Assembly (NCBI RefSeq): GCF_963921235.1
Contig: NC_086097.1
Span: 124,001-188,000 of the forward strand
DNA: 64,000 nt
Reading direction: 5' to 3'
From: Mobula hypostoma
Taxonomy: Eukaryota
Shown one piece after another: positions 1-11,425 of the stretch (the stretch's first letter is position 1; every line of letters begins with the position of its first letter). Below the pieces are notes generated by a model, which saw only the letters and a list, made by a program, of their open reading frames with translations, was not told where the DNA came from and ran no database searches. Position numbers and translations under genes: made by a program.

Positions 1-268
1 CTAGGGTTACCCACAGCCCCCTATTTTTCTAAGCTCCATGTACCTATCCAGAAGTCTCAAAAGACCCTATTGTATCCACCTCCACCACCATTGCTGGCAG
101 CCCATTCCACGCACTCACCACTCTCTGTGTAAAAAACATACCCCTGACATCTCCTCTGTACCTACTCCCAAGCACCGTAAACCTGTGTCCTCTTGTGGCA
201 GCTATTTCAGCCCTGGGAAAAAACCTCTGACTATCCACACGATCAATGCCTCTCATCAGCTTATACAC
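1..268 (-). mobile_element. CR1-clade LINE 3' fragment (subfamily D)
   Basis: ORF2 C-terminus YKLMRGIDRVD...TRGH...FFTQRVV..WN.LP; matches the 3' ends at 13600-14325 and about 41000-41325. Confidence 0.85.
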
Positions 269-1777
269 CGGAACACCTTCCGACCATATGTCACCTCTTT
301 TAATGATTTGATTTCATTTTTACCAACAGAGCAAAGCTGCCCCCTCTACCTTCCTGTTTTCTGGTAAACATAGAAAACATAGAAACGTAGAAAATAGGTG
401 CAGGAGTAGGCCATTCGGCCCTTCAAGCCTCAACCGCCATTCAGTATGATCATGGCTGATCATCCAACTCAAACCCTGTACCAGCCTTCCCTCCATACCC
501 CCTGATCCCTTTAGCCACAAGGGCCATATCTAACTCCCTCTTAAATGTAGCCAATGAACTGGCCTCAACTGTTTCCTGTGGCAGAGAATTCCACAGATTC
601 ACCACTCTCTGTGTGAAGAAGTTTTTCCTAATCTCAGTCCTAAAAGGCATCCCCTTTATCCTCAAAATGTGACGCCTCGTTCTGGACTTCCCCAACATCG
701 GGAACAATCTTGCTGCATCTAGCCTGTCCGATCCCTTTAGGATTTTATATGTTTCAATCAGATCCCCCCTCAATCTTCTAAATTCCAACGAGTATAAGCC
801 TAGTTCATCCAGTCTTTCATCATATGAAAGTCCTGCCGTCCCAGGAATCAATCTGGTGAACCTTCTTTGTACTCCCTCTGAGTCTTTCCTCAGATTAGGG
901 GACCAAAACTGCATACAATACTCCAGGTGTGGTCTCACCAAGGCCATGTACAACTGCAGTAGTACCTCCCTGCTCCTGTACTCGAATCCTCTTGCTATAA
1001 ATGCCAGCATACCATTCGCCTTTTTCACCGCCTGCTGTACCTGCATGCCCACTTTCAATGACTGGTGTATAATGACACCCAGGTCTCGTTGCACCTCCCC
1101 TTTTCCTAATCGGCCACCATTCAGATGATAATCTGTTTTCCTGTTTTTGCCACCAAAGTGGATAACTTCACATTTATCCACATTAAATTGCATCTGCCAT
1201 GAATTTGCCCACTCACCTAATCTATCCAAGTCACCCTGCATCCTCTCAGCATCCTCCTCACAGCTAACAGTGCCGCCCAGCTTCGTGTCATCCGCAAACT
1301 TGGAGATGCAGCATTTAATTCCCTCATCCAAGTCATTAATATATATTGTAAAGAACTAGGGTCCTAGCAATGAGCCTTGCAGTACCCCACTAGTCACTGC
1401 CTGCCATTCTGAAAAGGTCCCGTTTATTCTCACTCTTTGCTTCCTGTCTGCCAACCAATTCTCTATCCACATCAATACCTTACCCCCAATACCGTGTGCT
1501 TTAAATTTGCACACTAATCTCCTGTGTGGGACCTTGTCAAAAGCCTTTTGAAAATCCAAATATACCACATCCACTGGTTCTCCCCTATCGACTCTACTAG
1601 TTACATCCTCAAAAAATTCTGAGGTTCGTCAGACATGATTTTCCTTTCACAAATCCATGCTGACTTTGTCCGATGATTTCACCGCTTTCCAAATGAGCTG
1701 ATATCACATCTTTGATAACTGACTCTAGCAGTTTCCCCACCACCGATGTTAGGCTAACCGGTCTATAATTCCCTGGT

Positions 1778-1940
1778 AAGCATAATTCTATGCTTCCTTC
1801 AGTTTGTCCTGACGAAGGGTCTCGGCCTGAAACGTCGACTGCGCCTCTTCCTATAGATGCTGCTTGGCCTGCTGCGTTCACCAGCAACTTTGATGTATGT
1901 TGCTTGAATTTCCAGCATCTGCAGAATTCCTGTTGTTTGC
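1778..1940 (+). mobile_element. Short non-coding Penelope-like-element derivative carrying a hammerhead motif
   Basis: 15-bp TSD CTATAATTCCCTGGT (1763-1777 and 1941-1955); sequence matches the 3' region of the GIY-YIG element at 48878-49623. Confidence 0.88.
1806..1840 (+). ncRNA. Minimal type I hammerhead ribozyme motif with intact core
   Basis: GTC-CTGACGA-A-GGGT(CTCG)GCCT-GAAAC-GTC^GAC: both conserved core boxes, a short helix II, a GUC cleavage triplet, and a palindromic ACGT in place of helix III. Confidence 0.75.
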
Positions 1941-2622
1941 CTATAATTCCCTGGTTTCTCTCTCCCTCCTTTTTTAAAAAGCGGGGTTACATTAGCCACC
2001 CTCTAATCCTCAGGAACTAGTCCAGAATCTAAAGAGTTTTGAAAAATTATCACTAATGCATCCACTATTTCTTGGGCCACTTCCTTAAGCACTCTGGGAT
2101 GCAGACCATCTGGCCCTGGGGATTTATCTGCCTTTAATCCCTTCAATTTACCTAACACCACTTCCCTACTAACATGTATTTCCCTCAGTTCCTCCATCTC
2201 ACTGGACCCTCTGTCCCCTACTATTTCCGGAAGATTACTTATGTCCTCCTTAGTGAAGACAGAACCAAAGTAATTATTCAATTGGTCTGCCATGTCCTTG
2301 CTCCCCATAATTAATTCACGACCTGTTTCTGTCTGTAGGGGACCTACATTTGCCTTAACCAATCTTTTTCTTTTCACATATCTATAAAGTCAGTTTTTAT
2401 GTTCCCTGCCAGTTTTCTCTCATAATCTTTTTTCCCCTTCCTAATTAAGCCCTTTGTCCTCCTCTGCTGAACTCTGAATTTCTCCTAGTCCTCAGGTGAG
2501 CCACTTTTTCTGGCTAATTTGTATGCTTCTTCTTTGGAATTGATACTATCCCTAATTTCCCTTGTCAACCATGGGTGCACTACCTTCCTTGATTTATTCT
2601 TTTGCCAAACTGGGATGCACAA

Positions 2623-3250
2623 GGTGAAAGTGGGAGGCCAACAAAAATGAAATTTTGAGAGCAGAAGGCTTGTATGTGCTTGTCAGAATAAAAGGTAAAG
2701 ATAATAAGGGTAGGGTATCTTGGTTTTCAAGATATTGAGGCCCTAGTTAAAAGAAAAAAAGGAGGTGCATAGCAAGCATACACAATTCAGAACAAATAAG
2801 GTGCTTATGGAGTACAAGAAATACAAGAGAACACAAGAAAGATATTAGGAAGGCTAAAAAGGGTATGAAACCTCTGTAGCAGACAAGGTGAAGGATAATC
2901 CTCTGGAATTCTACAGATATTTTAAGAGGATTGCATGGGACAAAATTGGTCTCTGGAAGATCAGAATGGTAATCTATGGGTAGAGTCAAAATAGATGGGG
3001 GAGTTTTTAAATAAAATTTTTGCATCTGTATTTATTCAGGAGATGGACACAGTAGATAAAGAAGTGAGGCAAAGCAGCATGAAGTTCAGGGAGCCTGTAT
3101 AGATTACAGAGAAGGTGTTTGCTACCGAGGTAAATCAGGGTGGATAAATCCCCAGGGCCTGACAAGGTGTTCCGTCAAAGCCTTCCAGAAGCAATTGCAG
3201 AAATTGTTGGTGCCCTGGCAGAGATATTTAAATCATCCTTCACAACAGGA
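2623..3250 (+). mobile_element. Degenerate CR1 ORF2 internal fragment
   Basis: Decayed PWF..., FASVF and DKSPGPD motifs. Confidence 0.7.
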
Positions 3251-3254
3251 AAGG

Positions 3255-4288
3255 TTTTAGATTTTTGGATCACTTGGATCTCTTCTGGGGAAGGTGGGAC
3301 CTGTACAGATTGGATGGGTTGCACCTGAACTCAAGGGGGAGCAATATCCTTGCAGGGAGGTTTGCTAGCATGGTTCGGGAGGGTTTAAACTAATTTGCAA
3401 ACAGGATGGGACCCGGAGAGATAGAGCAGTGGAAGAAGTGCATGGAGTAAAGCCAGATCTAACATATAAAGAGGCTTTGAGGAAAGAGAAGCAGAATAAA
3501 GGGTGTAAAGGTAGCAAGGTAGAAGAGCTAAAATGCATGTACTTCAATGCAAGAAGCATCAGGAACAAAGGTAATCAACTGAGAGCTTGGATACATAAAT
3601 GGAATTATCATGTAGTGGCCATTACAGAGACCTGGCAGGCACCAGGGCAGGAATGGATTCTCAATATTCCTGGATTTCAGTGCTTTAAAAGGGATAGAGA
3701 ATGCAGAAAAAGGGGAGGAAAAAGGGGAGGAGGGGTGGCATTACTGGTCAAGGATACTATTACAGCTACAGAAAGGGTGGGTAATGTAGCAGGATCCTCT
3801 TTGGAGTCAGTATGGGTGGAAGTCAGGAACAGGAAGGGAGCAGTTACTCTATTGGGAGTATTCTATAGGCTCCCTAGTAGCAGCAGAGATACCGAGCAGA
3901 TTGGGAGGCAGATTTTGGAAAGGTGCAAAAATAGCAGGGTTGTTATCATGGGTGACTTTAACTTCCCTCATATTGATTGGCACCTGATTAGTTCCAATGC
4001 TTTAGACAGGGCAGAGTTTGTTAAGTGTGTCCAGGACGGATTCCTGTCACAGTATGTTGACAGGCCGACCAGGGAGAATGCCATACTAGATCTAGTATTA
4101 GGTAACGTACCGGGTCAGGTCACAGATCGCTCAGTGGGTGAGCATCTGGGGGACAGTGACCACCACCTCCTGGCCTTTAGCATTATCATGGAAAAAGACA
4201 GAATCAGAGAGTATAGGAAAATTTTTTAATTGGGGAAGGGCAAATTATGAGGCTATAAGGGTAGAACTTGCGGGTGTGAATTGGGATG
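3255..4288 (+). mobile_element. CR1 fragment (subfamily B): end of ORF1 and ORF2 APE endonuclease
   Basis: ORF 3429-4229 with NARSI, TETW, GDFN, LDLV and SDH motifs; near-identical to the reverse complement of 18840-19860. Confidence 0.92.
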
Positions 4289-4290
4289 CT

Positions 4291-4555
4291 AAGACCATAA
4301 GACAAAGGAGCAGAAGCTGGCCATTCGGCCCATCGAGTCTGCTCCGCCATTTTATCATGACCTGATCCATTCTCCCATTTAGTCCCACTCCCCCGCCTTC
4401 TCATTATAACCTTTGATGCCCTGGCTACTCAGATACCTATCAATCTCTGCTTTAAATACACCCAATGACTTGGCCTCCACTGCCGCCCGAGGCAACAGAT
4501 TCCATAGATTCACCACCCACTGGATAAATTCTGCTCCTATGTCTTGTGGTCTTAT
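4291..4555. mobile_element. CR1 3'-end fragments in opposite orientations
   Basis: VVNLWNLLP on the minus strand; tail motifs AAGACCATAAGAC and GTCTTGTGGTCTTATG. Confidence 0.7.
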
Positions 4556-4559
4556 GACC

Positions 4560-5172
4560 TCAATGGTGCACCAACACAGAGACTGTGTACAAGAAGGGTG
4601 AGAGTCACCTCTACATCCTGAGGAGATTGGAGTATATAGGCCTCTCATTCACAAGTTCTAGCAGTCTGTTGTTGCCAGTACAATCTTCTATGTGGTGGTG
4701 TGCTGGGGCAATGGCATCAACATAGGTGATGCCAAAAGGCTTTATAAACTGAATAGAAAGGATGGCTCTGTTATAGGAGTCAAACTAGACACACTGGAAG
4801 CTGTGATAGAACAAAGAACCCTATGGAAAACCCTGGCAATTCTGGACAATGTTTCTCACCCTCTGCAAGCCACCTTGGCTGAACAGAGGAGCACTTTTAG
4901 TAATAGACTAAGAAAATTGTGTTGCTCTATAAAGTGCTATATGAGGTCATTCTTACCCTCAGCCATTAGGCTCAACTATGAGTCAACCTATAGCAGGGGA
5001 AGTGATGACGCCTTCTGTTAAGATTGTGGTAACTTACTTTTTTATTCTCTCCTCTTCTAATATTTATATCTGTGGACTTGTACTGCTACTGTGACACTGT
5101 AATTTCCTTTGAGATCAATAAAGTACAAGACCATTAGACCATAAGACAAGGTCAAGGTACCTATCTATCTAT
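4560..5172 (+). mobile_element. Rex1/Babar-like LINE 3' fragment
   Basis: KK...LY.LRRL-like region, HPL and SFLPSAIRL motifs; 3' end GATCAATAAAGTA with CTAT repeats. Confidence 0.7.
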
Positions 5173-5174
5173 TT

Positions 5175-5703
5175 ACAGCTGTGCCATATTCTTTCTATTT
5201 CTTGATGATTGACTTAACTGTACCCTAGGGGATATTCAGTGACTTAGAAATTTTCTTATATCCATCTTCTGACTTGTGCTTTTCAATCACCTTTTCATGG
5301 AGTCGCTCGGAGTGATCTTTTGTCTTCATGGTGTAGTTTTTGCCAGGATACTGACCCACCAGCAGTTGGACGTTCCAGATACAAGTGTATTTTTACAACT
5401 TTGAAATACCTTGACTGTACACACATGGTCTTTATTTAACTAATTATGTAACTTCTAAAATCAATTAGCTACATCAGTGATGACTTGGTGTGTCATATTA
5501 AAGGGGGTGAATACTTATGCAATCAATTATTTTGTGTTTTATATTTGTAATTAATTTACAATACTTGGTAGAGATCTGTTTTCACTTTGACATGGAAGTC
5601 CTTTTCTGTTGATCAGTGTCAAAAAAGCCAAATTAAATCCACTGTGATTCAATGTTGTAAAACAATAAAACATGCAAATTTCCAATACTTTTTATAGGCA
5701 CTG
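5175..5703 (-). mobile_element. Tc1/mariner fragment (left arm with long TIR)
   Basis: Reverse complement of the 5' part of the element at 56117-61954; ends ...TATAGGCACTG followed by TA. Confidence 0.88.
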
Positions 5704-5750
5704 TAGGTCAATGCACCATATACAAGGTCCAGTGAGTGTTTGTCAATTAC

Positions 5751-5925
5751 CTCAATGCGCTGTAGATAAAGGCTGGTAAATGCTTCATCATTGGTATCCA
5801 GGGCAGAGTCCAGCAGATTCCTGGTGTTGTTCTTCCATTGCTTAAACTCTTTCAGCAGCTCCTGAAAGCCCTGGCGAAGATTCTCCACTAACTGACTGCA
5901 CCTCCTCATTATCTTTCCTTTCACT
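5751..5925 (-). CDS. SYNE3: Nesprin-3 internal exon (VKGKIMRRCSQLVENLRQGFQELLKEFKQWK...YLQRIE)
   Basis: tttcAG|A acceptor and GAG|GTaatt donor; 175 nt = 1 nt + 58 codons; completes the AG/A Arg codon from the previous exon. Confidence 0.87.
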
Positions 5926-6171
5926 CTGAAAGGCAAACGTTAAATGTATTTTGTGATAACAATAAACTGGAAGACCATAGCTCCAGCAATGCTGAACATT
6001 AGCCTCTTCTCTGACCTTGCACAACCCCACAAATCCTCATCATAACCTTCCCCCATCTGAACCAACATACCTCCTATAGGTTATGGTTTAAGATAGCGCT
6101 ACTGAGGACGACCAACAGCTTACTGGAGGCTCATAAAGCAAGAAATACAACTAAATACTTGACTAATAACA

Positions 6172-6712
6172 CTTCTGTGGAAAACTGTGGTTAGGCCACA
6201 CATGGAGTACTGTGTCTAGTTCGGGTCGCCTCACTATAGGAAGGATGTTGGAGCATTGGAAAGGGTATAGAGGAAATTCACCAGGATGTTGCCTGGTTTA
6301 GAGAGTATGCACTATGAATAGAGATTAAAGGAGCTAGGGCTTTACTCTTTGGAGAGAAGGAGGATGAGAGAAGACTTGATAGAGGTGTACAAGATATTAA
6401 GAGGAATAGACAGAGTGGATAGCCAGCACCTCTTCCCCAGGGCACCACTGCTCAATACAAGGGGACATGGCTTTAAGGTAAGGGGTGGGAAGTTCAAGGG
6501 GGATATTAGAGGAAGGTTTTTACTCAGAGAGTGGTTGTTGCGTGGAATGCACTGCCCGAGTCAGTGGTGGAGGCAGATACACTAGTGAAGTTTAAGAGAC
6601 TACTAGACAGGTATATGGAGGAATTTAAGGTGGGGGGTTATATGGGAGGCAGGGTTTGAGGGTCGGCACAACATAGTGGGCCGAAGAGCCTGTACTGTGC
6701 TGTACTATTCGA
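6172..6712 (+). mobile_element. CR1 3' fragment (subfamily B)
   Basis: RPHMEYC...TRGHGFKVRGGKF and a 3' UTR matching 16733-17280. Confidence 0.9.
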
Positions 6713-6925
6713 TAAGGGTCACTGGTGCTAGAACAGCATTACACTAACCATTCTATGGAGGTGCATGAACCTGGACTTGGATTTTGAGACTGCTTGGGCT
6801 GCAGCTCCAGTGGAAAAGAATTGGTAAAAAGTTTATTATTGTCACGTGTACCAAAATACAATGGGGGAAAAAAAAGTCTTAATGTGCCATCCAGACAGAT
6901 CATTCCATACAGAAGTACACTGAGG

Positions 6926-7010
6926 TGCTGGAGGAACTCAGCAGGTCAGGCAGAAAATTAATAAACAGTCAATGTTCTGAGCTGATGAAGGGTCTTAGCC
7001 CAAAACCCTT
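6926..7010. mobile_element. Decayed PLE 3' fragments in inverted arrangement, with a degenerate hammerhead core
   Basis: GCTGGAGGAACTCAGCAGGTCAGGCAG (PLE in minus orientation) followed by plus-strand CTGATGA-AGGGTCTTAGCCC-AAAAC. Confidence 0.6.
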
Positions 7011-7014
7011 AAAA

Positions 7015-7247
7015 TAAGACCATATGACCATTAAGACATAGGAGCAGAATTAGGCTCATCGAGTCTGCTCCGCCATTCCATCGTGGCTGATTTACTTTCC
7101 CTCTCAACCCCACTCTCCTACCTTCACCTTGTAACCTTTGACACCCTGACTAATCAAGACCCTATCAACCCCCACTTTAAATATACTCAATGACTTGACC
7201 TCCACAGCTGTCTGTGGCAATGAATTCCACAGATTCACCGCCCTCTG
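7015..7247 (-). mobile_element. CR1 3' end fragment
   Basis: QRAVNLWNSLP and a typical tail. Confidence 0.8.
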
Positions 7248-7259
7248 GCCAAGTGTGGA

Positions 7260-7868
7260 GCCTGAACAGAGACAACAGAGACTTATGGAGAAGAGGAGTT
7301 CGGTGGGTAATAAAATGGACAAGTTCACGGCGCCAGTCAGGCGTCAGAGAACATTTCAGGAGTGCAGTGTTATGTGTTTCACTGGAATGGGGCTGCACAA
7401 GAACATACCCGATCAAAGCTTTTCCATGGACGGCTTCCAGACCGTTCGGGCTGACAGGAAGTGCACTCAGAGTGGTAAGCATAAAGGAGTTGGGTGCTTA
7501 CTGTTCTGGTTAACAACAGATGGTGCAATCCGGGTCATATTATGATCAAGGAACGTGTTTGTAGACCGGATATTGAACTTTTTACTGTTGGACTTCGGCC
7601 GTATTCCACCGAGATACAATACTGGGTGGCACGGGAGGTTGTTCCTGCCTGTGGCCATCGAACTTGCAGCTCCTCCCGTGGAGGGTCACACACTCTGACC
7701 CTGTAGACTGGTCCTGGACTTATTTTCCATCTGGTATAGTTTGCACTTTGTTGTTTGATTGTTTGTGGTTTTTGTATTGCTATATTTATGCTCCATTCTT
7801 GGTTGGTGCAGCTGTAACGAAACCCAATTTCCCTAGGGATCAATAAAGTATATCTATCTATCTATCTA
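7260..7868 (+). mobile_element. Internally deleted Rex1/Babar-like LINE (endonuclease start joined to 3' tail)
   Basis: ECSVMCFT...DGFQTVRADR endonuclease-like peptide; tail GGGATCAATAAAGTATA(TCTA)n. Confidence 0.7.
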
Positions 7869-9436
7869 ACCAGGCTTCCTAACACCAGGGGTTAGGAATG
7901 TGAGTAGCTTTCTGGCCAGAGCTGGAGTCCAGAGTGTGGGTTAGAAGTAGGATCTGGAGTGCTTCAGCATTTCAGCTTGTGTGTTTGATAAACTGAAACT
8001 CAGCAGGTTTCTCTTATTTTTTTCAACTACTGGATAACATGTTTTAAAAAAACTAAAAGTGTGTTGGGGGGGGGGAAATGTGTAACATTGAATAGTTTTG
8101 GAAAATCTGCTTGACCCAATGCCACCAAGGTCCTGAGGGTGCTGAGTTATCAGTTTTATTTTAATAAGCTTTGTGAAATGGCAAGTCATTACCAAGATTA
8201 ACCATTATAAAAATAAATATTCTTGTTAAATCAAAGATTTATAATAATTTAATAACAATTATCTATTATAGTACAGCACAGTACAGGCCCTTTGGCCGAC
8301 ATTGTTGTGCCAACCCTCAAACCCTGCCTCCCATATAACCCCCCACCTTAAATTCCTCCATATACCTGTCCGGTGGTCTCTTAAATTTCGCTAGCATATC
8401 TGCCTCCACCACTGACTCAGGCAGTGCAATCCACACAACAACCACTCTCTGAGTAAAACACTTCCTCTAATATCCCCCTTGAAATTCCCACCCCATACTT
8501 TAAAGCCATGTCCTCTTGTATTGAACAGAGGTGCCCTGGGGAAAAGGCGCTGGCTATCCAATCTATCTATTCCTCTTAATATCTTGTATACCTCTATCAT
8601 GTCTCCTCTCATCCTCCTTCTCTCCAAAGAGTAAAGCCCTAGCTCCCTTAATCTCTGAACATAATGCATACTCTCTAAACCAGGCAGCATCCTGGTAAGT
8701 CTTCTCTGTACCCTTTCCAATGCTTCCGCATCCTTTCTATAGTGAGGCGACCAGAACTGGACACAGTACTCCAAGTGTGGCCTAACCAGGGTTTTATAGA
8801 GCTACATCATTACATCGCGACTCTTAAACTCTATCCCTCGACTTATGAAAGCTAACACCCCATAAACTTTAACTACCCTATCTACCTGTGAGGCAACTTT
8901 CAGGGATCTATGGACATGTACCCCCAGATCCTTCTGCTCCTTCACACTATCAAGTATCCTGCCATTTACTCTGTACTCTGCCTTGGAGTTTGTCCTTCCA
9001 AAGTGTACCACCTCACACTTCTCCGGGTTGAACTCCATCTGCCACTTCTCAGCCCACTTCTGCATCCTATCAATGGCTCTCTACAATCTTCGACAATCCT
9101 CTACACTATCCACACCACCAACTTTTGTGTCGTCTGCAAACTCGCCAACCCACCCTTCTACCCCCACATCCAGGTCGTTAATAAAAATCACGAAAAGTAG
9201 CGCTCCCAGAACAGATCCTTGTGGGACACTACTACTCACAATCCTCCAATCTGAATGTACTCCCTCCACCACGACCCTCTGCCTTCTGCAGGCAAGCCAA
9301 TTCTGAATCCACCTGGCCAAACTTCTCTGGATCCCATGCCTTCTGACTTTCTGAATTAGCCTACCGTGTGGAACCTTGTCAAATGCCTTACTAAAATCCA
9401 TATAGATCACATCCACTGCACTACCCTCATCTATAT

Positions 9437-10448
9437 TCACAGCACGCTGGAGGAACTCAGCAGGTCAGGCAGCATCAGTGCAAACGATGAGTCGATGTTT
9501 CAGGCCGGAACCCTTCATCAGGACTGAAGAAAGAAGGAGGAGGTGGAAGGATTTGAAGAATGCTTGTAGGTTCAGTTGAAAAACCAGTAATCTGAGAGAC
9601 AAAGGGTTGGGGGAGGGGAAGCAGGGACATCATAGGCAGGAAAACAATGGGTAGTAGAAGAAGGAGGTGGAACCATGAGGGAGATGATAGGCAGCTGGGG
9701 GAGGGGGCAAAGTGAAATACGGATAGAGGAAGGGAGGAGGAGGGAGTTACCGGAAGTTGGAGAATTCTATGTTCATACCAAGGGGCTGGAGACTACCTAG
9801 ATGGTATATGAGGTGTTGCTCCTCCAACCTGAGTTTAGCCTCATCATGGCAGTAGAGAAGGCCATGTATGGACATATCTGAATGGGAAGCAGAGTTGAAG
9901 TGGGTGGCTACCGGGAGATCCTGTCTGTTGTGGAGGTGCTCGGCGAAGCGGTCCCCCAATCTGCGTCGGGTTTCACCGATGTAGAGGAGGCCGCACCGGG
10001 AGCACCGGATGCAATACATGACCCCAACAGACTCACAAGTGAAGTGTTGCCTCACCTGGAAGGACTGTTTGGGGTCCTGAATGGTGGCAAGAGAGGAGGT
10101 GTAGGGACAGGTGTAGCACTTACACTTACAGGACGTGCGGATAAGGGAGTTCGCGGAGGGACTGATCCCTGCGGAAAGCAGAGAGGGGTGGAGAGGGAAA
10201 GATGTGCTTAGTGCTGGGTTCCTGTTCAAGGTGGCGGAAGTTGCGGAAGATAATGTGCTGGATCCAGAGGCTGGTGGGGTGGTAGCTGAGGACAAGGGGA
10301 ACTCTGTCCTTGTGGTTGCGGGAGGATGGGGTGAGGGCTGAAGTGCGGGAAATGGAGGAATTGCGGGTGAGGGCATCATTGATGACAGTAGAAGGGAAAC
10401 CACGATCCTTAAAGAAAGAGGACATTTGAGATGTCCTGGAATGGAACG
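9437..10448 (-). mobile_element. Penelope-like retroelement 3' part (GIY-YIG endonuclease, Neptune-like; PLE subfamily 1)
   Basis: FTC...YCIRCSRCGLLYIGETRRRLGDRFAEH...GMNIEF; 12-bp TSD CCTCATCTATAT (9425-9436 and 10449-10460); pyrimidine-rich 3' UTR on the element strand, with a hammerhead motif. Confidence 0.92.
9490..9525 (-). ncRNA. Hammerhead motif variant (GAAAC-AUC)
   Basis: AGTC-CTGATGA-AGGGTTCCGGCCT-GAAAC-ATC-GACT on the minus strand. Confidence 0.6.
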
Positions 10449-11425
10449 CCTCATCTATATGCCTGGTCAGCTCCTCAAAGAACTCTATCAGGCTTGTTAG
10501 ACACGATCTGCCCTTCATAAAGCCATGCTGACTGTCCCTGATCAGACCATGATTCTCTAAATGCCCAGAGATTCTATCTCTAAGAATCTTTTCCAACAGC
10601 TTTCCCACCACAGACGTAAGGTTCACTGGTCTATAATTACCCGGACTATCACTACTACCTTTTTTGAACAAGGGGACAACATTCGCCTCCCTCCAATCCT
10701 CCAGTACCATTCCCATGGAAAACGAGGACATAGAGATCCTAGCCAGGGGCTCAGCAATCTCTTCCCTCGCCTCGCGGAGCAGCCTGGGGGATATTCCGTC
10801 AGGCCCCGGGGACTTATCTGCCCTAATGTATTTTAACAACTCCAACACCTCCTCTCCCTTAATATCAACATGCTCCAGAACATCAACCTCACTCATATTG
10901 TCCTCACCATCATCAAGTTCCCTCTCATTGGTGAATACCGAAGAGAAGTATTCATTGAGGACCTCGCTCACTTCCACAGCCTCCAGGCACATCTTCCCAC
11001 CTTTATCTCTAATCGGTCCTACCTTCACTCCCGTCATCCTTTTGTTCTTCACATAATTGAAGAATGCCTTGGGGTTTTCCTTTATCCTACTTGCCAAGGC
11101 CTTCTCATGCCCCCTTCTTGCTCTTCTCAGTCCCTTCTTAAGCTCCTTTCTTGCTTCCCTATATTCCTTAGTAGACCCATCTGATCCTTGCTTACTGAAC
11201 CTCATGTATGCTGCCTTCTTCCATCTGACTAGATTTTCCACCTCACTTGTCACCCATGGTTCCTTCACCCTACCATTCTTCATCTTCCTCACCGGGACAA
11301 ATTTATCGCTAACATCCTGCAAGACATCACTAAACATTGACCAGATGTCCATAGTACATTTCCCTGCAAAAACATCATCCCAATTCACACCCGTAAGTTC
11401 TAGCCTTATAGCCTCATAACAAGGT

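Larger units (their letters stand above)
366..2622 (-). mobile_element. CR1-clade LINE, 5'-truncated (subfamily A), interrupted by a short PLE-derived insert
   Basis: RT motifs (QHGFVKGKSC, YLDFQKAFD, KFADDTK); (TTTCTATG)n-type tail at 366-393; colinear with 56188-58230. Confidence 0.93.
8262..11417 (-). mobile_element. CR1 (subfamily B), 5'-truncated, interrupted by a Penelope-like element
   Basis: Colinear with 16733-18880; RT split at the DEG codons by the insert. Confidence 0.93.

Noticed and set aside
856..1359. Many 60-240 aa ORFs antisense to CR1 ORF2, here and throughout the window
   Set aside because: Recurrent shadow frames of the LINE sequence with no independent coding evidence.
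3255..11417. CR1-B pieces 3255-4288(+) and 8262-11417(-) break at almost the same internal position, suggesting an inversion
   Set aside because: An inversion between them would flip the SYNE3 exon at 5751-5925, which is co-oriented with the other exons. The pieces also overlap by about 40 bp with mismatches, so coincidence is more likely.
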